Origin: Catajapyx aquilonaris
Lineage: Eukaryota
Length of the DNA: 56,233 nt
Assembly: GCA_000934665.2 (NCBI GenBank)
Contig: KZ538650.1
Coordinates: forward strand, 1-56,233
Direction of reading: 5' to 3'
In this document: positions 1-13,100 of the stretch, one piece after another
How the letters are laid out: every line of letters starts with the position of its first letter
Numbering within the stretch: position 1 is the stretch's first letter
Position numbers and translations under genes: made by a program
The notes under the pieces: model-generated
The model's database searches: none
What the model was told of the DNA's origin: nothing
The model's input: the letters and a program-made list of their open reading frames with translations, nothing else

Positions 1-840
1 ACCTTATCTACTTAATAATAGCCTAAATCTTTAGCTAATTTCCATCCCAAGCGCTGCTTAAGGTTTCTTGCCTATTTCCTCGAATTTACATTGTGCGACA
101 ATCGTTGTAACGTAAAATGCACTCTTGGAAGTCACATAATTATCACAAAATGTCATCTTTAGGTCTGGATTTTCTGCGGACAAACAGATTGTACTACTGT
201 AGTTGTGAATCATGGAAACTTTCTACACTTTTTGATTCCAAACTTAAATTGTATCGCAATAATCGCATATACGTAGGTCCTACTACAAGTATGTACCGGT
301 ATGGCTCTAAAAAGTGGCACCATTCGTAAGTAGCGTTTTACTCGACGGCTAAAACTCAGCACAGTTCTGACTCATCTGCTGCTATATGTAGTAGCAGAAA
401 ATGCCTTTATTTAAAAGGGGAAAAATTGTTAAGCTTGTTTGAAACGTATATTCTCTCATTAACTTGTTAATTTATTGAACTTCATTTTGGCTTACAGTGT
501 ATTGTTCAGTATACTAGCATTGTTGTCTTATTGGAAGAGAACGTAACGCACCATTTTCCAACTTTCTGAAAGACAGCTAATAGCGCACAAAAGGCAATAG
601 TTTTAAAAAACAATCGCAAATATTGAACAACTGCATTTGAAAAATCAAAGTAGGTATATGTTGTACCTGCGAACTATGCTCATATTGAGTGCCACACGAT
701 ATTACCTCAATGTCACAACATGGATGCAGTCATCATTGTTTGCAAAATCTTTTATATTATTTTTCCACACATGGCGAAGGATCTCACAATAATGTTCTTG
801 TTTCCTCCTGCTCTTATTTCGTCGTGTTTTGTAAATCACG

Positions 841-842
<2 letters not shown>

Positions 843-923
<81 letters not shown>
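843..923. repeat. (ATT)n microsatellite
   Basis: Uninterrupted ATT/TTA run; it explains the poly-Y, poly-I and poly-N ORFs at 689-1043. Confidence 0.97.
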
Positions 924-1681
924 GATGTCGATTCTTACTAATACTATACTAGATGTAGGAAGAACAACTGTACTGAGTGTCTGTACTACCCCCGATACGA
1001 ATGCATGCTGAATTCTGTTACGCAATAAGATAGAATGGTGCACAGTAGTTGATCATAAAACTGTTACTGCCTCCTGTACTTCAGATGGTAAAACACTAAC
1101 TCTCAAGCAGCCGTTTCATTTACGCCATTTTGTCGAGTCCTGAAGACAGTGTGTAGAATACTCTAAACACTACATTAAAATTTCATTGTCGTGTTAAAAA
1201 TAAATGCTTTTTTCATATTGTAAATATTACTTGGCACAATAATAACTTCATGCCTCTACATATTTTCTCGGTACCAGTACTGTGTTGAATCACCATGAAG
1301 AATTAGTATATGTGTTGATTTTTTTAAACTTGTTCATATAATTCAGGTGTTATTTACTGCGACACACTGTATAGCATGAGCGACTCTATTTATTACAGTC
1401 CACGTGAATGTACATGAACTTCAGTACAAACCGAATTAATAAATCTTTTATGATGAAAATACCGCCATGTCTTTCTGTGTAGCCTACTTCTGATCAGCAA
1501 ATGTTCACCTCACAAACACAAGACCTTATCCTTCCATGTAAAAGGTGGGATGCAACGTAAGAGATGCTGCCGACAAATCGGTGAAGCCACTTCTGCCGAC
1601 GAATTTTTGCTCCATTACATTAGCAAGAATGAAATACAGGGCAGTGCACAATGCTTCGACAACATAGGCTAAAATGACAGA

Positions 1682-1914
1682 CTATCAGATAAAGCAGTAT
1701 TTACTGTACAGTACATTGTACTTTATCAGTTGGCGGGCTGTTATCTCACACTCCCCTATAACGACAAAGCTCTATAGTATAGTTTCACGCACAAGATAGG
1801 TTAAAGACAGCAGTGTTGGATTGCAGGATCTCAGAATTAGCGTCGACAAACGCCAGGTAATTACACAATTATCAGCCAATATAGTGAAAATTTAGACTGT
1901 AAACAAAATTATCT
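1682..1914. promoter_or_regulatory. Cluster of GATA (WGATAR) motifs around the putative non-coding first exon of DUF229 gene A
   Basis: Seven WGATAR matches at about 1682, 1687, 1723, 1741, 1794, 1869 and 1909. A donor CAG|GTAATT at 1856/1857 could join the acceptor TTACAG at 2220, upstream of ATG 2266. Confidence 0.4.
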
Positions 1915-2265
1915 TCTATTGCCTCATTCCGGACTACAATAGTAGGCCCTACCCCGCCCTATACCCTCTTAAAGCGTCGGCTAGTGCTGAGTCAATAAAA
2001 TATTATTAGGTGCAGCTCTATTATGAAGCAGTAATATAAGTGGCTTAAACAGGCTGGGCACACTGTTGGAAGACGTCATTTGATGCAACTGGTACAAAAA
2101 GGTTAGTGTAAGTAACCTTGAAACAATGTGATATAGATTGCCAGGCACTTTATTGTCTTCATTTCGGAATGCGCTTTATATGGCATAATAAAAATGGAAA
2201 CATTATTTTGTTCGTTACAGTGAGTGGTATTAAAAACGGTGGAGGAGTGTCTATAGAAGAGAGCA

Positions 2266-5200
2266 ATGGTGCCAAGGAAAGCCCGTGTACTAGTGTACTC
2301 TTCAGTTGGAATTAGCGCTTTCTTCATCGCGTTTCACATGTTAACACCGGAGATTCGAAGGGATCGTCTGCTTCATGTGGATCGTGTCCATCGCGAGAGA
2401 CTACTACTTCAACAAAAGTTGGGGTATTCTACACAGTTGGCTTTTCTATAACATAGTCCATTGTCATACATCCATAGGAGTACTGAATGTCGTTACTGTG
2501 CTTGAAGGAAGAAGCCAGCCAGTGGAACAAGTAGGGAAGGAGTAGAATTATATTATATTATATTATGTAATATGTCACTTAATATGACAGATTGATTGTA
2601 ATAATTGTAATATAGTCAACTAAATATCTACTGACTGAGAACTTTCACAAGGGCACACATGAAGGGCTATAAGGGCGATTAATTTTGCTTGTTTTTTTTC
2701 CATAAAATGTCCCTAAGGGAACAGTCACACTAAACCGAAATTGAAATAATCTGCAATGCCCTACTAAAATATTATTATATTTCCTTGCAATTGGAGGGAG
2801 GAGCTGACATGTAAGTAACATGCAAGATTTACATGGCAAGCCTTAGCTTTAAAAAAAATAATTTTTACCTGAGATGTCGGTCACTTCCTCTTTGAAGTGT
2901 AGCCTATACTGTATCGCTCAAAAAGATGGAGACGATTTTACATTTGGTTTGAATGCAAAATCGTCTCCATTTTTTTGAGCGATATAAGTACATCTGATTA
3001 AGAATTTAAAATTATTCGTCATTCCATGAGGTAGCATCAGAGTCTACACGTCACTTATGTATATGAGCATACGACAGCTGTAAACCTCTCGCATCTGAAA
3101 AGTTGTACAGAACTTGGGGTTTAAAATTTTGCAAAATCTCTATGGTAGGCCCTATATATCATATATACCGGTATCTTCTGGGTGTTCAGATTCATCAACA
3201 TGTTTCCATTTAATACAGTACATAATCTCTTATTTCTACATAATATGACTTAATTAATGGTTTTAAAATAGCATCACAGGTATACACGAGCTAGTATGCT
3301 ATCACTATAGTAAAAGAGTAATCCCATCCCCTTACAATAACCTATACTTTCCGCAACTAATGTGTAAATTTTTCCTACACTTTATAGAAATCGTACTAAC
3401 GGGAGTGAAAAGCTCGGATGTGTTCATCCGGAATTGCAAGTGCTTCACAAAGACCTGCAAAGGCACATCAGACATGTTGCCCCGTTAATATGTGACAAGG
3501 AGCCCGAATGGGTTGAGGTTAACGGTGCCACTGCCCAGATATCAAATAGTGCGATCAAAAAATATGGAACCATTGAATGCAAATTCTCGGGCAAGTACTC
3601 ATTATTTATTACTCAATAAGCGCAATAATATTGTGTCATGGATAAGTCCGCAGATCTTTTTATTTCGTTGTCCACAGAATTTATTAGAACTAGCGAATAT
3701 AAAAACAAGAAAAGCACACCAATATCTACAAAGACAGAATATGAAATGCGTCAGAGTGATTTCTTTGAGGTGATGTGCAAAGCAGAGTCTTCTAGAGATC
3801 GGTAAATAAATGTTGATTTATAATTACCCAGCACACAACCTGTGACTATACTGTGGTTGTGGTGCTGCTATTAATTTTCAATCAGGTTCATTTCAGTTTT
3901 AAACGTGTTCTGAAGATTTTATGAGCTATAGAATGTATGGAATGTTTTTAATAATATGATTCTATGCACTGTGGAAGGCGACATGCTTCTCCCACATTGT
4001 TCGTTTTGACATACAGCATTATCTTTTGCATGACCAAGACCGTTCAGGGCTAATGTTCAAAAATTTAACGGCAAATTTAGCCTCACTGGTAATAACTACT
4101 TAAGAAGATAACAAGTGCATTGACCTAAATGCAACTTAACAGCGTCATTTATCCGTCATTTGCAGAAATAGCAGCACTACGACTCTTTGATACCCTCTTG
4201 CGTGTGTCTCATTTGTTTCAGTAATGCAAACTCTAATTTCAGGTGGGACAACGTGATGGCAGGTATCCGAAATGACCCCGACATTGCCAAAAGAAGTGAC
4301 TGGAAAAAAGTCTCCGGAGACGGCCTGAAGTTGAACGTCCTCATGTTCGGGTTTGACTCCGTGTCCAGAGTACACTTCCTTCGGAAGCTTCCAAAAACAT
4401 ACAAGTACATGACGGAGAATCTGAATGCTATCATATTGAAAGGGTACAACATTGTTGGAGACGGAACTCCCCAGGCCCTCATACCTATTCTCACTGGTTC
4501 GTACACATCATCTATGTAGGCGGCAATAACAAAAAATGGTTCCGAATGCTTTGAACGCGCTGTATAAGTGCCAATACTGCAGAGCATATCACTTACGCAA
4601 ATAATTTTTCTTAGGCCAGACAGAAGAAGAATTACCAGACACTCGCAGAAGGATGGGATCCAAAGCTACTTTCGTTAATGTGTATCCTTGGGTATGGAAC
4701 GAATACAAAGACAATGGTTATGTCACAGGTACGATGTTGTATAATAATTAAAACATGGAATAATATTTCTCAGTTTCATATTTGACATTTCAAATTCAAA
4801 CATTAAATTCGGACAATGATGATGATGATGAATCTGTAAAGTTGAAAATGAAGAACACACTATAGTGAGGCAAAATAATACACTTCTAGTGTACATATTC
4901 ACTGTCAAACAATGCCAAATTTTGCATGGCACATGCTCCATGTCATCTGGTTTAGGGACCTACTCCAGAAATTTACCACTACGATTTATTTTAAATCTCA
5001 GCATTTGCGGAAGACTGCCCTGGTGTGGGAGCATTCACGTACCGACTAAAAGGTTTTAATGAAATTCCTACTGATCATTACATGCGCCCATTTTTTCTGG
5101 AAGCTGACAAGCGCAGATCTAACAGGGAACTATGTCTTAGGAGTACACCAAAACATAAGGTGAGAGATGTAGGGGAGACCGGGGCACAGTGGACCACTTT

Positions 5201-8182
5201 TGCACATTTGAATTTTTATATACCTACCTGTTATACCTACACACCCCATATTTTCAGGCATGGTGGAGATACTCCTTGGTAATATAAGACACTACTATAT
5301 TCACAGGCAGTGCCATCCTTTTGGCTTTAAAAAAAAATTAGAAGCGACCCCCTGCAAATGGTCCACTGTACCACGATAGGTGGGGCACAGTGGTCCGGAA
5401 GTGATTGGGACCCCTAATTCACACAAGAAGTTTATTATCATTGCCTAACATTTTTTTACATCTGTTCATTTTGAGGACTGTGTGAACATCACAGTTTTGC
5501 CCCTTTTTTCTACCTAATTCACATTTAAAAAATCATGGTCTCACTTTTTTTTTACAGTTATTCATTTGGAGGGTGGTTTGTCAAAATCACAGTTTTGCCC
5601 GTTTTCTATACCTAATTCACATTTTTTAAATAATTGTCTCACATTTTTTTTACAGCTGTTCATTTCTGGACACAGTGTGCATTTCGGGGCACAGTGGTAC
5701 ATGGACCACTGTGCCCCGCAAACGACTGGACCACTGTGCCCCGGACAGCAGCAATTGACATAATACTATGATTGTAACTTCGATTGCAAGTTAGGCTTAC
5801 CAAACTTGCGGTAATTCATGGGCAAAGGGCGGCACTATTCCACAAGATTTTTATATCAGGCTCATGCCCAACATCTACGCCTGAAGTGGCATTTAAACTG
5901 TGGGTTAGTAATTTACTTCACTTATCTTCAAATCGATTTCGCTGGATATCTATCGATCGATCGATCGCTAGCCGTTGCCAGCCATGTTGGCAGGAGCATG
6001 GCAGTGACTTGTTTCACGAGGTACCAGATGAAAAAAATTTGGCGGCTTTTTCGATTTTTAAAATGTAAAGGTCCACTGTGCCCCGTGGTCCACTGTGCCC
6101 CAGTCTCCCCTACTGCGTAGGGTAGCAAACATACAGTATATTCGTGTACATATAGCGGTAATTTTTAAAAAAATAAGTACATTACGTCGCGTCGTATATA
6201 TACTTGCTGTTGCGAATGAATTTTATACTGTACATATTTTAAATGTATATGAGTTCATTACATAAATTTACAAATACTCAGAAAAGTATATAGATTGTCA
6301 ATGGCGTTTACATTTCTCGAACAAATATTTTAATTTAAATCATTTGACATGGTGCGTTTTCTTCTTTCACAGGTCTTCATGAATTACGTGACAAATTTCT
6401 TCCGATATTACCACGACAAACCAAAGTTCATGTTCGCGTTTCACGGAGAGCTCTCTCACGACGACCTCAACAAGGTTCAGGTGGCAGATGAAGACTTATT
6501 AGAAATGGTTCAGGGACTTCACGAGGAGAATTTCCTGAATAACACGGTGCTCATTATCATGAGCGATCATGGCGCCAGGTCAGGCAAAGAGGGTTAATTG
6601 TTTTTAACATTTCCGTGGTTGACCATTTTTATGTTATTGTCACTAAAAGCACATGGAAAGTTAAACTGGCAGTGGTTATTTTAGGTTCGACACAATCAGG
6701 GAAACCCAGCAAGGGAAACAAGAGGAGAGGAATCCCATGTTCAGCTTCATCTTTCCTCCGTGGTTCAGCACCGTTTATCCTCAAGCGTACAACAACTTCA
6801 AGTGAGTCCATGTAACATTAGTGTAGGTCTTTTCTACCATCATTTAATTAAATCATATGCAACCATTTTTTAAAGTTCCTCTAGAAGTCATCTTGTTACT
6901 TTGACAAGGCAGTATACCATTAGGCCTATCGACCTGTACTACACATTATGCACTGTGTGGTGTTTGGCAATGCTGTTAGAGCTGGTCCCTTTCTTTTCAG
7001 GGATAATGCGAATTTGCTGACAACACCATTTGATGTGCATGAAACTTTGAGAAGTGTCCTTCACTTTACATACGAAGAGCCTGCGTATCTGGGAAATCGC
7101 TCACTCAACTTGTTTCAGAGAGTAATGCCCGTCTTTGGTTCCCATGATATAATACTGTATAAGGGTGATTAAAATGAAACCGAGCCACTGTTGTATAGCA
7201 AATCCGGATGGGTTTCTCGCGACATCTTATACACAAAACGAAGGTCGTACCGGTGTAGTATTATGACACACTGACAGTTGGCCATTCGATCACTCGACAC
7301 AGTTGCAGTGTGCTTTTGTTCAGGACCCCCCCCCCCNCCCCCCCCCCGATATACCCATCTGGAAAATTGCCATATGACCATGGCTCGTTTTCATCTGAAT
7401 GACCATAATACATTTATTAATATTTTGATAATTCATTCATACATTCTTAGGCTCATTTGTGGGAAAACTGAAACATACTGTACCTATACAATATTTCAAT
7501 ATGAACCCTGCTTTATGGTGTCAGCATATCGTAGAAAGGAAGGCGTGTTCTTTTCTTGGCTTTTCCTGCACTTTTGATTTCTTTCCAGATACCCATAGAA
7601 AGGAGCTGTGAGCACGCCGGGATAGAAACGCATTGGTGCTCTTGCTTAACCTGGAAAGAAGTACAAACTACAGAAGGAGTTATTCAAAATGCAGCCCAGG
7701 CAGCAGTAGACTTCCTGAACAGACTCACCCAGTCCAACATGGATATTTGCGCGATTTTAACACTTTCCAAGGTAGTCTGGGCGGCCAGATTCATTCCAAA
7801 CAATGGTAATATAATCTGTACTATCTCTACTTTAGAATTCTCCATGTATGCACTGACGAGTTGTTATGGTTAGAGGACCACATTGCTAAGCCACTTGTGA
7901 ATTCTTGCAGACCTCTTAGCATTCAAGAAAACAGTTGACGCGGATGGATTTGTCCCTGTCTTGGCCGATCACACCGAGGTGTCCGAAGAGATGTACCAAA
8001 TTCACTTCCACACAAATCCAGGCGATGGGCACTTCGAAGTGTCCATCAAGCACCACATAAAAGAAAACACTTACAGCATGAAGGAATCCGAAATCAGTCG
8101 AGTCAACAAATACGGCTCCCAAGCACGCTGCTTAGAAGAGCACAATAACCTTGAAATACGAAAGTATTGCTACTGCAAATAA
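2266..8182 (+). CDS. DUF229-family protein, paralogue A (type II membrane protein, alkaline phosphatase/sulfatase-like fold)
   Basis: Eleven phase-consistent exons: 2266-2423 (or 2417), 3388-3590, 3678-3801, 4243-4496, 4615-4728, 5002-5159, 6373-6578, 6685-6801, 7001-7121, 7589-7805, 7911-8182. Motifs: N-terminal basic plus hydrophobic anchor, NVLMFGFDSVSR, GYNIVGDGTPQALIPILTG, PTDHYMRPF, HGELSHDD, MSDHG, EERNP, LTTPFDVHETL, CEHAGIETHWCSC, RKYCYC. Confidence 0.9.
2909..2988. mobile_element. Short fold-back (hairpin) element with TA flanks
   Basis: TATCGCTCAAAAAGATGGAGACGATTTT ... AAAATCGTCTCCATTTTTTTGAGCGATA inverted arms with TA on both sides; MITE-like. Confidence 0.55.
5172..6110. mobile_element. 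Non-autonomous DNA transposon/MITE (TA target, Tc1/mariner-pogo-like) in intron 6 of DUF229 gene A
   Basis: TIRs GGGGAGACCGGGGCACAGTGGACCAC / GTGGTCCACTGTGCCCCAGTCTCCCC flanked by TA (5170-5171, 6111-6112). Internal copies of the GGGGCACAGTGG(A/T)CC motif and a roughly 100 bp internal direct duplication (about 5487 and 5586). Confidence 0.85.
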
Positions 8183-8857
8183 AATGACTTGCCGATGCCC
8201 GCTCCTATATAAAAGACTATCATGCGGCCTATAAGTAGGCCTATGAATGACCAGCAAAAGGAGAGAAACCATACCGGTACATGTGTCAAGAAGCAGATGT
8301 GCTGCTATGTTGTGTAATAATTCTAATTCGATGATAGAAGTTTGCTATACATAGAAACAATACCACATAAATCAAACTAGGCGAAAATCTCCTGCCACAA
8401 TTGAGATTATGTGCCCAAGGAGTGTCATTATCATCCTATCCATTATTTTTATTTTTTATTTTCCCCCGTGATGTCCCTTACGGGAGCTATATAGGGGGGT
8501 GGCATACCACCATCAGTTTTCTATATATTTTTCTACTTCATACTCCGGTGCAAGGAAACAGGGACAATGGGAAAGGATAGGGATACATTTTCCTATCCAT
8601 TATATCACCTGCGTGGCCTGACCAGTCACCAGATGTTTCGATGAAATATGCCGTGAGTGTAATGAATGAATGAATGAATGAATTAACATGCAAAGGAAAG
8701 GTAGCACGATATACTTTTCCATATGACGGCAGGAGTGAGGCAGATGTAGATTTAAGACTGAAATGCCTATGGCATCAGTCTGTGCCATACACGCTGATAT
8801 TAGACGAGTTTTCGATGCAGCAGACATTGTGTCTACGTGTACCTTATATTAGAAAAA

Positions 8858-8997
8858 ATGAGGATAAAAATACGTCCACTAATTGTTGGAGTTGCAGGAG
8901 TAAGTGTGTTTTGCGCAGTGTTTTATGCTCATACCACAATAGTTTCGCAAGAAAATTACGCTCCGGTCAGTGACACAGTTCTTCAGGAAAAAGGACG
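8858..8997 (+). CDS. Duplicate/alternative first coding exon (signal anchor) of DUF229 paralogue B
   Basis: Open 140-nt exon MRIKIRPLIVGVAGVSVFCAVFYAHTTIVSQENYAPVSDTVLQEKG(R) ending at CG|GTAAGT. It is homologous to 10142-10281, with the same length and the same phase 2. Confidence 0.7.
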
Positions 8998-10141
8998 GTA
9001 AGTTACATTCAAATAACATATAATAATATAATATAATTTATGCTATGTATAGCCTATCTTTTAACTGACCATCTAACATTTTAACTGAAGTTTAAAATAC
9101 AGTAGTTTGTTCGTTGGACACAATCTATACAATCATTGGTAGACTACTTGATAGTCACTTATACAGACTAAGGTTGAAAAAACCGAGTTAGATTCATTAA
9201 AATGAAGATAAACTAAATATTCGACAGCTGCGCTGGGAGGAAAAGATATCTGGGCCTGCAGTATCTTCGCCGCCCGGACTATTAGACCTTATCAATACAA
9301 GTGCTTCCCCCTTACCGGCTACTTGAGTCGGCGGAATACTTGAATTTCTTTTTGAAATGAAGTATCATAATTTTTAATATGCAAACCTCATACCAGGATA
9401 AAATGATAACATGACTCTGATGCGCAGTACATTGTAAGATTTTCAATTGTAAGAGGGGGGGGGGGGCTGAGCAAGCAACTGTTACGTAATCAATCTCACA
9501 TAGTGAAATATTGTATTAAAAAACTTCCATCTGCTTTAATAATATTGATCACTCAAATGCAGGAGAATAAGTTGCTGTGCAATATGCAAACGGCCACATG
9601 TTATCAAGGTCGAAAATTGGGAATGGCCTGCAGCTTACACTTTTACCACAACAGGTGCATTTTTCTACCTTCTGCTTCGATCTCTGCTTGTTATGTTTCT
9701 TATGGCTTACCATGAGTAGCAATATTGTTGACATACGTTGTACCGCTTAACTGTTGGGCAAAACACCGACCCAATATTTTGAATGTGATCTATTGCTGCA
9801 CACCCCATTTGCAATATGCAACACATTTTTTAAATCTGCAAGAACAACGAAACTTTTTACGCCTCATAAAACATCCGACAAGTAGTCCACAGCCACACCA
9901 CACCGCGCCGTGCTGTATAATTATACAGTACACACATCCAGTAACAATAATATGTGAGAGATAGAAATATCAAATAAGCTGCTTGGGTAATTTGCCACAT
10001 GTCGGCAGGTGTGCGGCACCTGCAAATTTAAGATTGAAATGTCATCTAGTCTGCCGTGCCCTATTCGCTTATTTCCGACGCGTTTTCGTTATACAGCAGA
10101 TCGGAATTCGGTTGTGTCTATAGGTGTTATTAATAGAAACA

Positions 10142-13100
10142 ATGAGGATGAAAAGACGTGTATTAATTCCTGGAGTTGTGGGAGTCAGCATGTTTTGCGC
10201 AATGCTTTATGTTCATACCACAATAGTTTCGAAAGAAAAATACACGCAGGGCAGTGGCACAGCTCTTCAGGAAAAAGCACGGTAAGTTACATTCAAATAT
10301 AACATAGCCCAATTACAAAAATACGTGGGCAAATCAAAATGACCAATCAGAAGTGCATAATTATGTAACTCTGACGATGTCCAAATTAATATTCACCTGT
10401 ATACGTATCATGTATACTCTTGTCAGCTACTCTTCTTGATGTTTGCTCAATAAGTCATACATTCATTTGCTCATCATTTGATTCCAGTTCTAATAAAAGA
10501 CCCGGATGTATTCACCCTCAATTGCAAGTGTACAACAAGGACTTGGAGAAGCATTTGAGACACGTACCGCCCCTGGTTTGTGATCAAGAGCCAGAATGGG
10601 TTGAAGTCAATGGGGAAATCGCCAAGATTTCTGAGAGTGCCATAGAAAGACATGGCACCATTGAGTGCACATTCTCAGGTGAGTTCAAAGAGTTTGGGTT
10701 CTTTTTCAAGTGAGATAGTGGAAAGCAAAAGCAGGAGTGCACTCACCCGAGAGGGTGGGTGATGGAGGTGGTATCAATTGCTCATAAATGTGCCTACATA
10801 AATGCAAAATTTTGGTATGCTTTCATTTTCACAGATATCATTAGAAACAACGATTATAACAACAAGTTAAGCAAACCAATTGCTACAAAGACGGAATATG
10901 CATTGTCTCAGAGCGATTTCATCACAGTCGATTGCAAGTCTCCCACAAAAAAGTATCGTGCCGGATGATAATTATTATTGTCTCTCTAGTTCTAGTAAGA
11001 GTCTTCCATGATAACTGCTTCTTTTTCGAAATTCAGGTGGAAGAATGTGATGGCAGGTATCCGAAATGACCCCGACATTGCTAAAAGAAGTGACTGGAAA
11101 AATGTTCCCAGAGAAGGCCTGAAGTTAAACGTCCTCATGTTCGGGTTTGACTCCGTGTCCAGAGTGCACTTCATTCGGAAGCTTCCAAAAACATACCAAT
11201 ACATGACTAAGAAGCTGAATTCCATCATTCTGGAAGGGTACAACATTGTTGGAGACGGAACTCCTCAGGCCCTCATCCCTATCCTCACTGGTTAGTACTG
11301 CATGATACGCGTATTATTCAACTGTCATAATTTTCGGTCTACACTTGAGATATGTATCATACAGTTGATATTGTATGAAGAACGTATCCAAAGTAATATT
11401 CTGTTTAAATATCAGTTTACATGCATTGTTAAAGGGTGCAGTGTAATTATCTCCATAATAATAATTCTATTGTAATATCGCTATTATTTCCCTTAGGCCA
11501 GACTGAGACAGAATTACCTGAAACTCGCAAGAGGATGGGAGACAAAGCTACTTATGTCAATATATACCCTTGGGTATGGAATGAATACCAAGACAATGGT
11601 TACGTCACAGGTACGGTGATACAAAATTGTAAATTAATCTTACTACTATAACTGTAAGAAGTTTAAGTTCTCTCACTCTCCATACTCTCTCACTCTCCAA
11701 AAAGAGACCACTCCACGCTTTTAACAAATTAGTGCAGGGTATCAATGCGAAAGTTTTATGTTGGTGATGAATGGGACGTTATACTTGGACTGATGTACTC
11801 CGAGCTGCATACTGTTATGCTGATAAGATAATAAATGAGGCTGTTTCACCCAACCTATACATCAAGTTCAGGATGCGCGATAGTAGCCTATTATGAAATT
11901 GTTGGAACACCCATTTTTGTGCAATTGAGCAATTCCACGTAAAAGTAAACATCTGGGACAAAAATTGAAAATGACTTGTTGGCAATGTGTGATACGTCGT
12001 TGGAATCAGAAAGAACCAAAATTTCGGCTTCTGAAATATATTTTGACATGGAACCTGAACTGGTAAAAGAAATTGCACCTGAATGTGTTACATTGTGAAT
12101 GCGAAGTTGTGCATGAAATCACATGAACTTTGACAGGCTTAAATGGGAACTTAAAATACAAATAAATCCACTTTTCTTTGCACGGGGCTCAAGTCGAGGA
12201 TGAAATGACCGCGTTCCTTGGTGGAGAAGGACAGTCATTCGACATAAATGGTTGATCTTGGCATCAAAAGTGGACTCCGCGCGGTGTGTGGGGTGTAACG
12301 AAATAGATAAAAAAGTTTATGACAATGAGTGGGTTTTAGGGCAGAGGTGCTAGTTTTCAATATTCATTGACTAGACACCGTGAGCAATGTCTCATGTGAA
12401 TTGGAAGTCATAGAATGCCACCAATTTCTGGCAGCATTGATAAGGAAGTTGTTATGGGGTGTAACGTTACACCCCTCACGTGGCACGGGTATGGGGTGCA
12501 ACATATGCTCTATTCCCGTTTAAATGAAGTAGAGTCGTACATATTGGCACATTATGCTGAAAATTGTCTGATTATCTATACAGTAATATGATACAGGCCT
12601 ACTGTATGCATGGGTGAGGGAATTCCCCACTCAACACCTTTTACCAATCACCATCCTCTTTCATGACATGACACATCATTCCACCTTCCTCTTACCCACT
12701 CCACTATGCGCGCACACACACACACACACACACCCAGCCTTGTCTTCACTAAGGCGCGTGAACGGACATTGACCGCTTTGTAAGCGAGTGTAACCTAACC
12801 TAACCTAACCAATCCTACCTAACCTACCCTACCCTAACGAACCTAGACTGAGAGATATGGACTTTTGTGAAACCCTACAACTGAAAATAGTGGGGACATG
12901 TCCCCACTAATTTACGCATGTCCCCACTCTAATAGTACACAGTGTGTCAAAAACACTGTGGGGACCCAAGCGTCAGCGTCACCGCCGCAAGTGATGGACG
13001 TTGGCAACATGCGGCGGGGATGGTAGACTTTTTGTGCATTTCAATGTATTGTATATAGATGAATAAACTTGTTCTAGATGTTGAAGTGTACTCGTACGTG

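Noticed and set aside
689..1043. ORFs with poly-Tyr, poly-Ile or poly-Asn
   Set aside because: They are translations of the (ATT)n microsatellite.
8674..10302. Similar ORFs 8674-8973 and 10009-10302 as a small duplicated gene
   Set aside because: They are wrong-frame readings of the duplicated DUF229 first exons.
11815..12078. Shared peptide MQFLLPVQVPCQNIFQ with 55473-55748
   Set aside because: It comes from two copies of a non-coding transposon terminus, and the ORFs diverge at the element boundary.
12791..12845. True telomere or chromosome fusion scar
   Set aside because: Only about four perfect units, inside a transposon within an intron.
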